This document shows, in pieces, positions 18,690 to 33,792 of a DNA stretch of 64,000 nt. The stretch comes from Candidatus Oxydemutator sp. (GTDB taxonomy: Bacteria > Pseudomonadota > Gammaproteobacteria > Poriferisulfidales > Oxydemutatoraceae). The notes below the pieces were generated by a model. The model saw only the letters and a list, made by a program, of their open reading frames with translations. It was not told the DNA's origin and ran no database searches. The first letter of the stretch is position 1. Every line of letters begins with the position of its first letter. A program made the position numbers and the translations under genes. The DNA lies in assembly GCA_965203445.1 (NCBI GenBank), contig OZ241883.1, positions 1,920,001-1,984,000 on the forward strand, read 5' to 3'.

Positions 18690-20963
18690 TTGGCGCGCCG
18701 CGTGAAAAAGAGCGCGCCGGAGACGGTGCGCCGGCGCGTCGAGCAGACTTCGATAGAGCGCTTCGCCGAGCGCGCCTACCTGAACTATTCGATGTACGTG
18801 ATCCTCGATCGCGCGCTGCCGTACCTGGGCGACGGCCTGAAGCCGGTACAGCGGCGCATCGTGTACGCGATGTCGGAACTCGGCCTGAATGCCGGCACCA
18901 AGCCGAAGAAATCGGCGCGCACGATAGGTGACGTCATCGGCAAATACCATCCGCACGGCGACGGTGCGAGTTACGAGGCAATGGTGCTGATGGCGCAGCC
19001 GTTCGCGTTTCGTTATCCGCTGGTCGAGGGGCAGGGCAACTGGGGATCGGCCGACGACCCGAAGTCGTTCGCCGCGATGCGCTACACCGAGTCGCGCCTG
19101 ACGCCGTATTGCGGCGCGTTGCTCGACGAACTCGACCAGGGCACCGTCGCCTGGCGCCCGAACTTCGACGGCACGTTGCAGGAACCGGAAATCCTGCCGG
19201 CGAAACTGCCGAACGTGCTGCTCAACGGCGCCTCCGGCATCGCCGTCGGCATGGCCACCGACGTCCCGCCGCACAACGCGCGCGAGGTCGTGGCCGCCTG
19301 CGTCAGGCTGTTGCAGAACTCGCGCACCGGCACCGACGAGCTGCTCGCGTGCGTGCGCGGGCCGGATTACCCGAGCGGCGGCGAGATCATCAACGCGCGC
19401 GATGAGATCCGCCGCATCTACGAGACCGGCGCCGGCATGATACGAGTGCGCGCGACCTACGAGATCGAGGGGCGCAACGTCGTCGTCACGTCGCTGCCGT
19501 TCCAGGTCGCGGGCGGGCGCGTCATGGCGCAGCTGTTCGCGCAAATGCAGGGCGACATGCGCGGCCTGATCAAGGACCTGCGCGACGAGTCCGACGAATC
19601 TCATCCGGTGCGCATCGTCATCGCGCCGCGCGCCCGCGACGTGCCGGCGCACGATCTGATGTCGTTTCTGTTCGCCGCCACCGACCTCGAGCGCGGTTAC
19701 CGCGTGAACCTGAACGTCATTGACGTGGACGGCAAGCCGCGCGTGATGAACCTGAAGGAGATGCTGCGGGCGTGGCTTGAGTTCAGGATGGAGACGGTGC
19801 GCCGCCGCCTGCAATGGCGGCTTGCGAAAGTCGAGGAGCGTCTCGAGATCCTGCGCGGGCTGCTGACGGTGCATTTGAACGCGGATGAGGTCGTGCGCAT
19901 CGTGCGCCGCGAGGAGCGCCCGGAAGAAGTCCTGAAGAGGCGTTTCGACCTGAGCGACAACCAGGCGCGCGCGATTTTGGACATGCGCCTGAGGCGGCTG
20001 AACCGGATAGAAAAGATCGAAATCGAGCGCGAACTCGGCGAACTCGACGCCGAGCGCGGCCAGCTCCGGGTGCGCCTGTCGTCGCCGCGCCGCCTGAAGA
20101 CGCTGGTCAAAAAGGAGTTGCAGCGCGCCGCCGAAATCTGGGGTGACGAGCGCCGCACGCGGCTGGTCGAACGCACCGGGGCCAGGGCCTACAAGCCGCG
20201 CGTGGCCGCCGCCTCCGAGCCGCGGACCGTGGTGCTGTCGCGGCAGGGCTGGGTGCGCGCGCTCGGTGGCCGCGACGTTGATCCGCGCGAGTTGGAATAC
20301 CGCGCCGGCGACGGCTTTCTCGACTGTGCCGAAGGCGAGTCCGGCGACACCGCGCTGTTCCTCGATTCCGCCGGGCGTTGCTACAGCCTGCCGGCGCATA
20401 CGTTGCCGTCGCGCGGGCGCAGCGAACCGTTGAGCAGTCGTTTCCGCGTCGCCGACGCCGCCGATTTTGTATGCGTGTTGAGCGGCGACGGCGGCGAACG
20501 CTGCCTCGTCGCAAGCAGTTTCGGTTACGGATTTGTGACGACGCTCGAGCAACTGTCGGCGCGCAGCCGCTCAGGCAAGCAGGTCATGAGCCTGCCCGCC
20601 GGCGCCGTCGCGCTCGGCGCGTTCAAGATGGCCGATCCGTCATCGTCGTACGTCCTGGTGCTCACGTCGGAGGGGTATCTGTTAGTGGTCGCAGCAGTCG
20701 AGATACCGGAACTTGCGAAAGGCAAGGGCAACAAGATCATCCAGATACCGCGCGAGCGCCTGCGCGAGCGGCGCGAGCACTTGGCGCACGCCGCCTGCAT
20801 GGGCGAGGGCGCCGTCGCCGAGTTGCACGCGGGCCGGCGCGTCAAGCGGTTCGGCTTCGATGAATTGCAGTATTATATCGGCGCCCGCGGTCGGCGCGGG
20901 CGCATGCTGCCGCGGCCGTGGCGCCGCCCCGACCGCGTTCGCATCATCGAGGAGAACCAATGA
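18690..20963 (+). CDS. parC: DNA topoisomerase IV subunit A
   Basis: [31 protein letters not shown] active-site Tyr, [14 protein letters not shown] in the CTD. Confidence 0.94.
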   Translation: MARRVKKSAPETVRRRVEQTSIERFAERAYLNYSMYVILDRALPYLGDGLKPVQRRIVYAMSELGLNAGTKPKKSARTIGDVIGKYHPHGDGASYEAMVLMAQPFAFRYPLVEGQGNWGSADDPKSFAAMRYTESRLTPYCGALLDELDQGTVAWRPNFDGTLQEPEILPAKLPNVLLNGASGIAVGMATDVPPHNAREVVAACVRLLQNSRTGTDELLACVRGPDYPSGGEIINARDEIRRIYETGAGMIRVRATYEIEGRNVVVTSLPFQVAGGRVMAQLFAQMQGDMRGLIKDLRDESDESHPVRIVIAPRARDVPAHDLMSFLFAATDLERGYRVNLNVIDVDGKPRVMNLKEMLRAWLEFRMETVRRRLQWRLAKVEERLEILRGLLTVHLNADEVVRIVRREERPEEVLKRRFDLSDNQARAILDMRLRRLNRIEKIEIERELGELDAERGQLRVRLSSPRRLKTLVKKELQRAAEIWGDERRTRLVERTGARAYKPRVAAASEPRTVVLSRQGWVRALGGRDVDPRELEYRAGDGFLDCAEGESGDTALFLDSAGRCYSLPAHTLPSRGRSEPLSSRFRVADAADFVCVLSGDGGERCLVASSFGYGFVTTLEQLSARSRSGKQVMSLPAGAVALGAFKMADPSSSYVLVLTSEGYLLVVAAVEIPELAKGKGNKIIQIPRERLRERREHLAHAACMGEGAVAELHAGRRVKRFGFDELQYYIGARGRRGRMLPRPWRRPDRVRIIEENQ

Positions 20964-21844
20964 GAATAGCCCTGTTTCTGGCGACCAACCTGGCGATAGT
21001 CTTCGTCCTCAACCTCACCCTGAGCGTGCTCGGCGTCGAGCATTGGCTGACGCAGACCGAGGCCGGCATCAACGTGACCGGCCTGCTGATCATCTCGGCG
21101 GCGTTCGGCATGATCGGTTCGCTGGTGTCGCTGGCGCTGTCGAAGTCCATGGCCAAGCGCTCGATGGGGGTGCGCGTGCTCACGCCAAAACGGGCGAATC
21201 CGACCGAGCACTGGCTGCTCGAGACCGTCGCGCGGCAGGCGCAACGGGCCGGCGTCGCGACGCCCGAGGTCGGCGTTTTTTCATCGCCGCAGCCAAACGC
21301 CTTCGCCACCGGCATGTTCCGCGACAAGGCGCTGGTCGCGGTCAGCGAGGGCCTGCTCGCGCAGATGGAGCGCGACGAGGTCGAGGCGGTGCTGGGGCAC
21401 GAGGTCAGCCACGTCGCCAACGGCGACATGGTTACCTTGGCCTTGATCCAGGGCGTCGTCAACACGTTCGTTATTTTCCTGTCGCGCCTGGTCGGACACG
21501 TGGTGGATCGCGCGGTGTTCAAATCGCGCGGCTTCGGCCCCGGCTATTTCGTCACCGTGATCATTACCCAGATAGTGCTGTCCATCTTTGCGACGATGAT
21601 CGTGATGTGGTTTTCGCGTCGCCGCGAGTTTCGCGCCGACTACGGCGGCGCGAAACTCGCCGGACGCGACAACATGATCGCCGCGCTGCGGCGGCTGCAA
21701 CGGGCGCATGCAAGCGAGGATCTGCCGGGCGAGATGGCCGCGTTCGGCATCTCCGGCGCCGTGTCCGGCGGCGTGCGCAGACTGTTGACGAGCCACCCGC
21801 CGCTTGCGCGGCGCATCGCCGCGCTCGAGCGCCTCGAGACCTAG
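20960..21844 (+). CDS. htpX: Membrane zinc protease HtpX
   Basis: [47 protein letters not shown]. Confidence 0.95.
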   Translation: MRIALFLATNLAIVFVLNLTLSVLGVEHWLTQTEAGINVTGLLIISAAFGMIGSLVSLALSKSMAKRSMGVRVLTPKRANPTEHWLLETVARQAQRAGVATPEVGVFSSPQPNAFATGMFRDKALVAVSEGLLAQMERDEVEAVLGHEVSHVANGDMVTLALIQGVVNTFVIFLSRLVGHVVDRAVFKSRGFGPGYFVTVIITQIVLSIFATMIVMWFSRRREFRADYGGAKLAGRDNMIAALRRLQRAHASEDLPGEMAAFGISGAVSGGVRRLLTSHPPLARRIAALERLET

Positions 21845-21860
21845 CCTGCCGCGGAAACAG

Positions 21861-23345
21861 GTGAACGTAAAGCTGACGGCGCTGGTCGCCGGCCCGCTGG
21901 CGGCGGCGTTCGCGTACTGGTGGCTGCCTGACGCCTATACCGACGTCGAGGGCGTGCGGCGGGCGTTTTCGTCGCAAAGCAAGGCCGTGATCGCGGTGCT
22001 GCTGTGGATGGCGATCTGGTGGTTTCTCGAGGCGGTGCACGTCGCGGCCACCGGGCTGCTGCCGCTGGTGTTGTTTCCGTTGTTCTCGATACTCGAGATG
22101 CAGCCGACCGCCAACGCCTATGCGTCGAGCGTGATCTTCCTGCTGCTCGGCGGCTTCATCATCGGCCTCTCGATGCAGCGCTGGGGACTGGACAAGCGCG
22201 TCGCGCTGATGATCCTGGCGCGCGTCGGCGACAGGCCGGGACGCTTGGTGCTGGGTTTCATGCTGATCAGCGGCGTGCTCAGCGCGTTCATCTCGAACAC
22301 CGCGACCACCGCGATGCTGCTGCCGATCGCGATCAACGTCGTCGCTTTGCTCGATCACGAGCACGAGGAGGGCGCCGACACCCGCAAATTCGCGTTGTGT
22401 GTGATGCTCGGCGTCGCCTACGCGGCCAGCCTCGGCGGCATCACGACGATCATCGGCACCGCGCCCAATGCGTTCGCCTCGGCCTTCCTGGACGACACGT
22501 TGGGGCGCGCGATCGGTTTCGCCGACTGGAGCTTCATTGCGTTGCCGGTAACCGTCGTGATGCTGCCGTTGACGTGGTTGCTGTTGACGCGCGTGATCTA
22601 CCGGCTGCCGGCGACGCCGATTGCGCGCAGCCGCGAGATGCTGGAGCAGGAGTTGCGCGAGTTGCCTCGGATCGAGCGCGGCGGCTGGATCACGCTGTCG
22701 GTATTCGCGCTGACGGTGGTGCTGTGGATGACGAGGCCGCTGTTGCAGGACCTCGAGATAACGCTCGCCTCCGGCGCCGTCAGGCCGCTCGCCGGGCTGT
22801 CCGACGCCGGCATCGCGATGCTCGCGGCGGTGCTGCTGTTCGTGCTGCCGGCGGGGCGGCGGCGCATGACGATGGACTGGGAGACCGCCAGGCGCCTGCC
22901 GTGGGAGATCGTGCTGCTGTTCGGTGGCGGCGTCGCGCTCGCGCGCGGTATCAAGGCCAGCGGCGTGGATTCGATTCTCGGCGCGCAAGCCTCGGCGCTC
23001 GCCGGGCTGCCGGAGTTCGTGATCATCGCCTCGGTCGTCGCGCTGGTCGTGTTCCTGACCGAGTTCACGTCGAACACCGCGACGACGACCGCGCTGGTGC
23101 CGATCTTCGCCGCGCTCGCCGCGGCCCTGGGGCTCGATCCGGTTCCGGTTACACTGGCGACCGCGATGGCGGCGAGCTGCGCTTTTATGATGCCGGTGGC
23201 AACGCCGCCGAACGCGATCGTGTTTGGTTCCGGCTACATCCGCATCCACGAGATGATCAGGGCCGGTTTCGCGCTGAATCTCGTGGTCATTCCGATCATT
23301 GCGCTGATCGTGTATTTCTGGATAGGGCGGGTGCTGGGTTCTTAG
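21861..23345 (+). CDS. DASS/SLC13 family di-/tricarboxylate or sulfate:sodium symporter
   Basis: Multiple TM helices; two SNT motifs (ISNTAT, TSNTAT), IGTAPN, FMMPVATPPNAIVF. Confidence 0.9.
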   Translation: MNVKLTALVAGPLAAAFAYWWLPDAYTDVEGVRRAFSSQSKAVIAVLLWMAIWWFLEAVHVAATGLLPLVLFPLFSILEMQPTANAYASSVIFLLLGGFIIGLSMQRWGLDKRVALMILARVGDRPGRLVLGFMLISGVLSAFISNTATTAMLLPIAINVVALLDHEHEEGADTRKFALCVMLGVAYAASLGGITTIIGTAPNAFASAFLDDTLGRAIGFADWSFIALPVTVVMLPLTWLLLTRVIYRLPATPIARSREMLEQELRELPRIERGGWITLSVFALTVVLWMTRPLLQDLEITLASGAVRPLAGLSDAGIAMLAAVLLFVLPAGRRRMTMDWETARRLPWEIVLLFGGGVALARGIKASGVDSILGAQASALAGLPEFVIIASVVALVVFLTEFTSNTATTTALVPIFAALAAALGLDPVPVTLATAMAASCAFMMPVATPPNAIVFGSGYIRIHEMIRAGFALNLVVIPIIALIVYFWIGRVLGS

Positions 23346-23355
23346 GGTTGCGCGT

Positions 23356-24336
23356 TCAGGCGAGTACGCTCTTGGCTTGTGCACCGGCCGTCTCGCGAAC
23401 CAATTTCGGCACCAGGTAGCCGGGCAGGCGGGCGCCCAACTCGCGCATCAGCACGCGCGCCGTAGCCTCGGTCACCTCGAAATGGGCGGCGCCGCGCACG
23501 CGGTCCAGCAGGTGCAGATAGTACGGCAATACGCCGGCGTCGAAGCAGCGCAGGCACAGTCGCGCCAGTACTTCGGCGCCGTCGTTGACGCCGCGCAGCA
23601 GCACCGCCTGGTTCAGCAGCGTCCAGTGCCGCATCCGGTGCAGCGCGGAGCGCACCTCGTCGTTGATCTCGTTCGGATGGTTGGCGTGGATCACGAGTAT
23701 GTACGGCTTCGCGCGCCGTCTCGACCAGGCGATCAGCGCGTCGTCGAGGCGCGCCGGTTCCGCCACCGGCAGCCGCGTGTGTATGCGCACGCGCGCGACG
23801 TGGGGCACCGCCTCCAGGCGTTCGCACAGATCGAACAGCTTATGGTTCGCAAGCGTCAGCGGGTCGCCGCCGCTTACGATGACTTCCTCGACGTCCGGAT
23901 GGTTTTCGATGTACGCGACGGCCGCCCGTAAGCGCCTCGCGCCGCCGTGCTCGCGGTACGGAAAATGGCGGCGGAAGCAGTAGCGGCAGTGGATCGCGCA
24001 GGCGCCGGTCGCAATCAGCAGCACGCGGTGGCGGTACTTGCGGAGGATACCGCCGGCGGCGACGGCCTCGGCGTCTCCGGTCGGGTCGTCGCAGAAGCCG
24101 CCGGCTTCGGCGCGCTCGGCCAAAGACGGCAGCACCTGCCGCAGCAGCGGGTCGTCGGCGTCGCCCGGGGCCATCCGGGCGAGCCACGAGCGCGGCACCT
24201 TGAGCGGGAATTCGGGGCAGCTTTCGAGTATCCCGGCGCGCGTCCGGTGCTTCGGGAGACGCAGCGAAGAACACAATTCTTCGGCGTCCGTGACGGCGCC
24301 TCCCGGCTGGGGCAGTCGGCTTGTGTCCATCGGCAA
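23356..24336 (-). CDS. epmB: EF-P beta-lysylation lysine 2,3-aminomutase (radical SAM)
   Basis: CAIHCRYCFRRHFPY, SGGDPL, NQAVLLRGVND, PYYLHLLD; divergent from efp. Confidence 0.92.
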   Translation of the reverse strand: MPMDTSRLPQPGGAVTDAEELCSSLRLPKHRTRAGILESCPEFPLKVPRSWLARMAPGDADDPLLRQVLPSLAERAEAGGFCDDPTGDAEAVAAGGILRKYRHRVLLIATGACAIHCRYCFRRHFPYREHGGARRLRAAVAYIENHPDVEEVIVSGGDPLTLANHKLFDLCERLEAVPHVARVRIHTRLPVAEPARLDDALIAWSRRRAKPYILVIHANHPNEINDEVRSALHRMRHWTLLNQAVLLRGVNDGAEVLARLCLRCFDAGVLPYYLHLLDRVRGAAHFEVTEATARVLMRELGARLPGYLVPKLVRETAGAQAKSVLA

Positions 24337-24412
24337 TGACGTTCGGAATCCGGGCTGATCAAGACCCGCGGCAGGGTGAAAACCGCGTATGCGACCCTAT
24401 AATAGCGGCACC

Positions 24413-24982
24413 GTGGCAAAGTATAGCACCAACGAATTCCGAGGCGGCCTCAAGATCCTGCTCGACGGCGAGCCGTATGCGATCGTCGAAAACGAGTTCG
24501 TGAAGCCGGGCAAAGGGCAGGCGTTCAACCGCGTCAAGCTCAGGAACCTGCTGAATGGCCGCATCACGGACAAGACCTTCAAGTCGGGCGAGACCGTCGA
24601 GGCCGCCGACGTGATGGAGATCGAGCTGGGCTATCTGTATACCGACGGCACGCAGTGGCACTTCATGGACGCCGCCGGCTACGAGCAGTACGCCGCCGAC
24701 GGCCCGGCGATGGCCGAGGCGCGGCAATGGATCCGCGAGCAGGACGTGTGCACGGTGACGCTCTACGACGGGCGCCCGATCATGGTGGCGCCGCCGAACT
24801 TCGTCGAGCTCAAGGTTGTCGACACCGACCCGGGCGTGCGCGGCGACACCGCCAGCGGCGGCGTCAAGCCCGCGAAGCTGGAGACCGGCGCGGTGGTCAA
24901 GGTGCCGTTGTTCGTCGAGCAGGGCGAGGTGCTGAGGATAGACACCCGCAGCGGCGAATACGTCGGCCGGGTAAAGTCATAG
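24413..24982 (+). CDS. efp: Elongation factor P
   Basis: VKPGKGQAF (modifiable Lys), [19 protein letters not shown]. Confidence 0.96.
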   Translation: MAKYSTNEFRGGLKILLDGEPYAIVENEFVKPGKGQAFNRVKLRNLLNGRITDKTFKSGETVEAADVMEIELGYLYTDGTQWHFMDAAGYEQYAADGPAMAEARQWIREQDVCTVTLYDGRPIMVAPPNFVELKVVDTDPGVRGDTASGGVKPAKLETGAVVKVPLFVEQGEVLRIDTRSGEYVGRVKS

Positions 24983-25012
24983 CATGCCCGCGGGCGGTCA
25001 TTCATCGGAGCC

Positions 25013-25936
25013 TTGACCGGAAGCGGCGAGACTACGGCGCGCCTGCGCGCCCGCGCGGCGGCGATGGAGGCGGTGCGTGCTTTTTTTGCCGAGCGCGAGG
25101 TGCTCGAGGTCACGACCCCGTGCGTTATCGGCGCGCCGACGTGCGAGCCGGACGTTGCCGGCGTGCGCTGCGAGGACGGCTGGCTCAGGAGCTCGCCCGA
25201 GTTCGAGATGAAGCGGCTGCTGGCCGCCGGCAGCGGCGACGTGTGGCAGATGGGGCCGGCCTTTCGCGGCGGCGAGCGTGGCGCGCGCCATCGGCCCGAG
25301 TTCACGCTGATCGAGTGGTATCGCGTCGGCTGGGACTACCGGCGGCTGCTGGACGAGACCGCCGAATTGTTGTCGTGCCTGCTGCGTCCGCACGTGGCGC
25401 TCGCCGACTGCGTGCTGCTGCCGTACCGCGACGCCTTCATCGAAAGCTTCGGTGTTGATCCTTTCGGCGACGAGCGCCACGTGTGCACCGCGGCCGCGCG
25501 GCACGGGTGCGAGGGGTGCGACGCCGCCGCCGCGCTGGACTTCCTGCTCACGGTGCTGGCGGCCGAGCACCTTCCGCGCGACCGCCTCGTCGCGCTGCAT
25601 GATTTTCCGCCGCGACGGGCGGCGTATGCGCGCGTTGCGAACGAAGGTCGCGCAACCGCCCATGCACGGCGCTTTGAGATCTTCTACCGCGGCATCGAAC
25701 TGGCCGACGGCGCGCAGGAATGGACCGAGGCCGCCGACTACCGCGCGTGCTTCGCCGCCGACCGCACGCTGCGAGCGCTTCGAGGGATGCCGGTCACCGC
25801 GCCGGATGAGGCTTTCTTGTCCGCGCTCGAGCGGCGCGCCTTGCCGGAATGTGCCGGGGTCGCGGTCGGTTTCGAGCGTCTGCTGATGTGCATGAGCGGC
25901 GCCGAGGACATCGGGGAAGTTCTGGTCCTGCGGTAA
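25013..25936 (+). CDS. epmA: EF-P lysine aminoacylase (GenX/PoxA)
   Basis: SPEFEMKRLLAAG, FR.GE.G..H.PEFTLIEWYR, CAGVAVGFERLLM; follows efp; start uncertain. Confidence 0.87.
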   Translation: MTGSGETTARLRARAAAMEAVRAFFAEREVLEVTTPCVIGAPTCEPDVAGVRCEDGWLRSSPEFEMKRLLAAGSGDVWQMGPAFRGGERGARHRPEFTLIEWYRVGWDYRRLLDETAELLSCLLRPHVALADCVLLPYRDAFIESFGVDPFGDERHVCTAAARHGCEGCDAAAALDFLLTVLAAEHLPRDRLVALHDFPPRRAAYARVANEGRATAHARRFEIFYRGIELADGAQEWTEAADYRACFAADRTLRALRGMPVTAPDEAFLSALERRALPECAGVAVGFERLLMCMSGAEDIGEVLVLR

Positions 25937-26021
25937 CCTGCTGCGCCGCGACGATGGGTGCAGGCGTGCGCGAGGCAGGCAGTGCGCCTCCTGTGGCCCG
26001 CGACTGCCGCCCTCGAGTCGC

Positions 26022-26046
26022 TCATTACCCGCTTTCGCGGGAATGA
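26022..26046. repeat. REP-like hairpin (TCATTCCCGCGAAAGCGGG type)
   Basis: TCATTaCCCGC-TTTC-GCGGGAATGA hairpin; 17-bp core CCGCTTTCGCGGGAATG recurs at 30577-30593. Confidence 0.6.
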
Positions 26047-26112
26047 AGGACCTGAGGGCGGATTAAAGTATAATCACCCGGTCTGAACCGCTCCTTGTTT
26101 CCCGTTTCTTCG

Positions 26113-27294
26113 ATGACGAAATCCGCGTTTTTGCTGCTGGAAGACGGCACTCTGTTCGAGGGGCGCTCCATCGGCGATTCCGGATGCAGCGTCGGCGAGG
26201 TTGTGTTCAACACCGCGATGACGGGCTACCAGGAGATCCTGAGCGACCCCTCCTATGCACGCCAGATTGTCGCGTTGACCTGTCCGCACGTCGGCAATAC
26301 CGGCGTCAACGACGAGGATCAGGAAGCGGATCCGGTGCACGCCTCGGGCCTGATCGTGCGCGACTTGCCCGCGCGCGCGAGCAACTGGCGCAGCCAGGGC
26401 GAACTCGGGGAGTACCTGCGCCGCCGCGGCGTCGTCGCCGCCTGCGACGTGGATACGAGGCGTCTGACGCGCCACCTGCGGAGTTTCGGCGCCGCCAACG
26501 GCGTATTGTTCGATCAGGACGTGCCGCGCGCCGAGGCCGAGGCGGCGCTCGCCGGTTTCGCCGGCTTGCAAGGCATGGACCTGGCGAGGGTCGTGACCAC
26601 CGCGCGCGCGTACACCTGGGAACGGGGCTCGTGGCACTGGGGCGACGAGACCACCGAGGCCGCCCCTGAGGCGGGCAAGGCGCGCTATTCGGTCGTCGCC
26701 TACGACTTCGGCGTCAAGCGCAACATCCTGCGCATGTTGCGCCGCCAACGCTGCCGCGTCGAAGTCGTGCCGGCGACGACGTCGGCGACCCGGGTGCTCG
26801 CGCGCGCTCCGCACGGCGTGTTTCTGTCGAACGGGCCGGGCGATCCCGGGCCTTGCGACTACGCGATCGAGGCGATCCGCGAATTGCTCGACGCAAACGT
26901 GCCGCTGTTCGGCATCTGCCTCGGCCATCAGTTGCTGGCATTGGCCTGCGGGGCGCGCACCGAGAAGATGAAGTTCGGCCATCACGGGGCCAACCACCCG
27001 GTGCAGGAACTCGCCAGCGGGAAAGTGCTGATAACCAGCCAGAACCACGGTTTCTGCGTCGCCGAGGCGGGGCTGCCCGCGTGTCTGCGGGTGACGCACC
27101 GCTCGCTGTTCGACGGCACGTTGCAAGGGATACGCCACGTCGAGAAACCGGCGTTCGGCTTTCAGGGGCATCCCGAGGCAAGCCCCGGGCCGCACGACGT
27201 CTCCGGCCTGTTCGCGCGCTTTGCCGCGTTGATGGAACGATCCGAGGCGCGCCGCGCCGCCGGACGAGGGTCGGCCGCGCCCGGCGCGGCCTGA
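26113..27294 (+). CDS. carA: Carbamoyl-phosphate synthase small subunit
   Basis: [48 protein letters not shown]. Confidence 0.96.
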   Translation: MTKSAFLLLEDGTLFEGRSIGDSGCSVGEVVFNTAMTGYQEILSDPSYARQIVALTCPHVGNTGVNDEDQEADPVHASGLIVRDLPARASNWRSQGELGEYLRRRGVVAACDVDTRRLTRHLRSFGAANGVLFDQDVPRAEAEAALAGFAGLQGMDLARVVTTARAYTWERGSWHWGDETTEAAPEAGKARYSVVAYDFGVKRNILRMLRRQRCRVEVVPATTSATRVLARAPHGVFLSNGPGDPGPCDYAIEAIRELLDANVPLFGICLGHQLLALACGARTEKMKFGHHGANHPVQELASGKVLITSQNHGFCVAEAGLPACLRVTHRSLFDGTLQGIRHVEKPAFGFQGHPEASPGPHDVSGLFARFAALMERSEARRAAGRGSAAPGAA

Positions 27295-27297
27295 GCG

Positions 27298-30540
<3,243 letters not shown>

Positions 30541-30542
30541 GT

Positions 30543-30620
30543 CCGTCGCCGTCAGCGCCCCCCGGGCCGGTGCTTTCCGCTTTCGCGGGAATGGCGCACC
30601 GGAAGGGGCGCGGCGCGGCG
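30543..30620. repeat. Extended hairpin containing second REP-like core downstream of carB
   Basis: CCGGTGC...CCGCTTTCGCGG...GCACCGG nested within GCGCCCC/GGGGCGC arms. Confidence 0.5.
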
Positions 30621-30725
30621 GGGCAAGATGGGGAGCAGCACCGAGAAATCAGGGCGTGCGAACTGACGCGCTCTCTTTCTTATATAATGAGCGTTCGCGG
30701 CGCGCGCGACGGCGCGCACGTTACG

Positions 30726-31202
30726 ATGCAGAAGCGGACTCCTATCACCAGGCAGGGCGCGGACAAGTTGCGCGCTGAGTTGCAGCGCCTGAAGAACGAC
30801 GAGCGCCCGCGGGTGACCGCGGCCATCGCCGCCGCGCGCGAGCACGGCGATTTGAAGGAGAACGCCGAGTATCACGCCGCACGCGAGCGCCAGAGCCTGA
30901 TCGAGGGCCGTATCAAGGAGGTAGAGGCGTATCTGTCCGACTGCGAGGTGATAGACGTGGCGGCGCTGCGGCCCGACGGACGAATCGTGTTCGGCGCCAC
31001 CGTCGTGCTCTACGACGAGGAGCAGGATGCGCGCCTGACCTGCCGCATCGTCGGCGAACCGGAGGCCGACATCAAGAAGAATCTGGTCTCGGTCACGTCG
31101 CCGATTGCGCGCGCGCTGATCGGCAAGAGCGAGGGCGACGTCGCGGTGGTCAGTGCGCCGGGCGGCGAGAAGGCCTACGAGATAGAAAAGATATCCTATT
31201 GA
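30726..31202 (+). CDS. greA: Transcription elongation factor GreA
   Basis: [28 protein letters not shown]; follows carB. Confidence 0.95.
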   Translation: MQKRTPITRQGADKLRAELQRLKNDERPRVTAAIAAAREHGDLKENAEYHAARERQSLIEGRIKEVEAYLSDCEVIDVAALRPDGRIVFGATVVLYDEEQDARLTCRIVGEPEADIKKNLVSVTSPIARALIGKSEGDVAVVSAPGGEKAYEIEKISY

Positions 31203-31233
31203 CGCACCGCCTCCCGGGCCGCGGCCCGGGCGC

Positions 31234-33792
31234 TCAATCCTTCGGAGTTTCCGCCAGCTCTTTCAGACGGTAGAGCAGCTCCAGCGCCGTGCGCGGGCTT
31301 ACATTGTCGGGATTGGTCTCGCGCAGTTCGTCGCGCAACGCGTCGGCAGCGGCGCCCTCGGCGGCGGCCAGGCCCAGCGGCATTTGATCCGGGGCGCGCG
31401 CGAGCGCCGGGTTGTCGCTTTCCATCTGCGCCAGTTTCTTGCGCGCCGCCTCGATCACGGGCTTCGGGATGCCGGCGAGGCGCGCGACTTGCAGACCGTA
31501 GCTCTTGCTGGCGGCGCCCTCCTTGACCTTGTGCAGGAACACGATGTTCTCCTCGTGCTCGGCCGCGTCTATGTGGACGTTGTGCAGCGCGTCATGGTGC
31601 CCGGCGAGCGCGGTCAGCTCGAAGTAGTGGGTTGCGAACATCGTCAGCGAGCGGTTCACGCCGGCCAGGTGCGAGGCGCAGGCCCAGGCCAGGCTCAGGC
31701 CGTCGAAGGTGCCGGTGCCGCGCCCGATCTCATCCATCAGCACCAGGCTGTTCTCGGTCGCGTTGTTCAGGATGTTCGCGGCCTCGGTCATCTCGACCAT
31801 GAACGTCGAGCGTCCGGAGGCGATGTCGTCGGCGCCGCCGATGCGCGTGAAGATGCGGTCTATCGGCCCGATCTCGGCGTCGTCGGCGGGCACGAAGGCG
31901 CCGACGTGCGCGAGCAGCACGATCAGCGCGGTCTGGCGCATGTAGGTGGATTTGCCGCCCATGTTCGGGCCTGTGACGATCAACATGCGGCGCGTGTCGT
32001 CGAGCCGCAGGTCGTTCGGCACGAAGTCGCGCTCGAGGAAGCGCTCGACCACCGGATGGCGCCCGCCGCGTATAGTTATGCCCGCGCGCTCGAGGAAGCG
32101 CGGGCGCTTGTAGCCGTGGAGCCGCGCGCACCAGGCGAGCGCCGCCAGTACGTCGAGCGCCGCCAGCGCGCGCGCGCATTGTCCCAGTTGCGGCAGGCGC
32201 GGCACTATGCCTTCGAGCAGCTTGCGGTAGATTTTCTTCTCCTTCGCCAGCGCGCGTTCGCGCGCCGTGATCACGCGGCTCTCGAAGTCGCGCAGCCGCG
32301 GTAGCGTGAAGCGCTCGGTGTTCTTCAGCGTCTGCGTGCGGCGGTAGTCTTGCGGCACCTGGCCGGACTGCGATTTCGGCACTTCGATGTAGTAGCCGTG
32401 TACTTTGTTGTAGGCGACGCGCAGACTGGCGACGCCGGTGCGCTGCTTCTCGTTGTTCTCCAGCTCGAGCAGGTAGTGGTCGGCGTTGCGCACGAGGTCG
32501 CGCAACTCGTCGAGTTCGGCATCGTAGCCTTCGGCGATGACGCCGCCGTCGCGTACCGTCGCCGGCGGTTCCTCGACGATTGCGCGGCGCAGCTCCCCGG
32601 CCAACCGAGGTTGCGCCTCGAGATTCCCGCCGATGCGCCCTAGCAGCGCGGCGTCGCTTTCGGCTATCAGCGGCGCGATCTCCGGCAGCAGCTCGAGGGT
32701 CGCGCGCAATCCCGTCAGGTCGCGCGGACGCGCGCTTAGCAGCGCTAGGCGCGACGCGATGCGCTCGACGTCGTTGATCTTGCCGAGCAGCTCGCGCAAG
32801 GCTTCGAGGTCGGCGGAGTCGCCGTCCAGCAGCCACGTGATCGCCTCCTGGCGCGCCTCGAGGCGCTTGCGATCCTTCAGTGGCTGTCCGAACCAGCGCC
32901 GCAGGCAACGCGTGCCCATGGCCGAGCACGCGTGGTCGTGCACCGCTATCAGCGTGTGTTTGTCGTTCCCCGACATGGATTGGTCGATTTCCAGGCAGGC
33001 GCGGCTGGTCGCGTCCAGTTCGACGTAGTCCCGCTCGCGCTCGACGCTGATGCCGCGCAGATGCGGCAGCGCCGATCTTTGCGTGTCCTTGGCGTAGCGC
33101 AGCAGCGCGCCGGCGGCGCACACGCCGGCGCGCAGGTCCTCGCAGCCGAAGCCGGCGAGGTCTTGCGTCTGCAACTGCCGGCATAGCTCGTCACGGCAGT
33201 CGTCGTAGTCGAAATGCCACGGCGGTTGCGCGTGCGTGTCGCCCGGCAGCTGTCGGCACTGATCCTCGCTCGTCAGAATCTCGGCGGGTCGCAGGCGTTC
33301 GAGCTCGCTCATCAACGCCGCCTCGTCGCCGCATTCGCGCAGTACGAAACGCCCGCTGCTCAGTTCGAGCACCGCGAGGCCGAAGACGCCGTCACTGCGA
33401 TGGATCGCGGCCAGCAGGTTCTCGCGGCGCTCCTGTAGCAACGCCTCCTCGGTCAGCGTGCCCGGGGTGACGATGCGCGTGATCTCGCGCCTGACCGGGC
33501 CGCGCGCGCCCCTCGAGTCACCGATCTGGTCGCAGATCACGACCGAGTTGCCCAGGCGTACCAGGCGCGCGATGTACGAATCCGCCGAGTGCACCGGCAC
33601 GCCCGCCATCGGAATCGGATTGCCGCTCGATTGGCTGCGTGAAGTCAGCGTGATGTCGAGCAGGCGCGCGGCCTGCTCGGCGTCGCCGTAGAACAGCTCG
33701 TAAAAATCGCCCATCTGGTAGAACAGCAGCCAGTCGGGATACTCCGACTTGAGCTTCAGATAGCGTTGCATCGAGGGTGTGTGCTTTTCCAT
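31234..33792 (-). CDS. mutS: DNA mismatch repair protein MutS
   Basis: MGDFYELF, TPGT, TGPNMGGKSTYMRQ, STFMVEM, DEIGRGT, ATHYFEL. Confidence 0.97.
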   Translation of the reverse strand: MEKHTPSMQRYLKLKSEYPDWLLFYQMGDFYELFYGDAEQAARLLDITLTSRSQSSGNPIPMAGVPVHSADSYIARLVRLGNSVVICDQIGDSRGARGPVRREITRIVTPGTLTEEALLQERRENLLAAIHRSDGVFGLAVLELSSGRFVLRECGDEAALMSELERLRPAEILTSEDQCRQLPGDTHAQPPWHFDYDDCRDELCRQLQTQDLAGFGCEDLRAGVCAAGALLRYAKDTQRSALPHLRGISVERERDYVELDATSRACLEIDQSMSGNDKHTLIAVHDHACSAMGTRCLRRWFGQPLKDRKRLEARQEAITWLLDGDSADLEALRELLGKINDVERIASRLALLSARPRDLTGLRATLELLPEIAPLIAESDAALLGRIGGNLEAQPRLAGELRRAIVEEPPATVRDGGVIAEGYDAELDELRDLVRNADHYLLELENNEKQRTGVASLRVAYNKVHGYYIEVPKSQSGQVPQDYRRTQTLKNTERFTLPRLRDFESRVITARERALAKEKKIYRKLLEGIVPRLPQLGQCARALAALDVLAALAWCARLHGYKRPRFLERAGITIRGGRHPVVERFLERDFVPNDLRLDDTRRMLIVTGPNMGGKSTYMRQTALIVLLAHVGAFVPADDAEIGPIDRIFTRIGGADDIASGRSTFMVEMTEAANILNNATENSLVLMDEIGRGTGTFDGLSLAWACASHLAGVNRSLTMFATHYFELTALAGHHDALHNVHIDAAEHEENIVFLHKVKEGAASKSYGLQVARLAGIPKPVIEAARKKLAQMESDNPALARAPDQMPLGLAAAEGAAADALRDELRETNPDNVSPRTALELLYRLKELAETPKD

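Noticed and set aside
25013-25936. EpmA motif deviations (GIELADGAQEW vs the usual GIELANGFHEL) as a new specificity
   Set aside because: Gene order and the EF-P Lys are canonical; drift is a sufficient explanation
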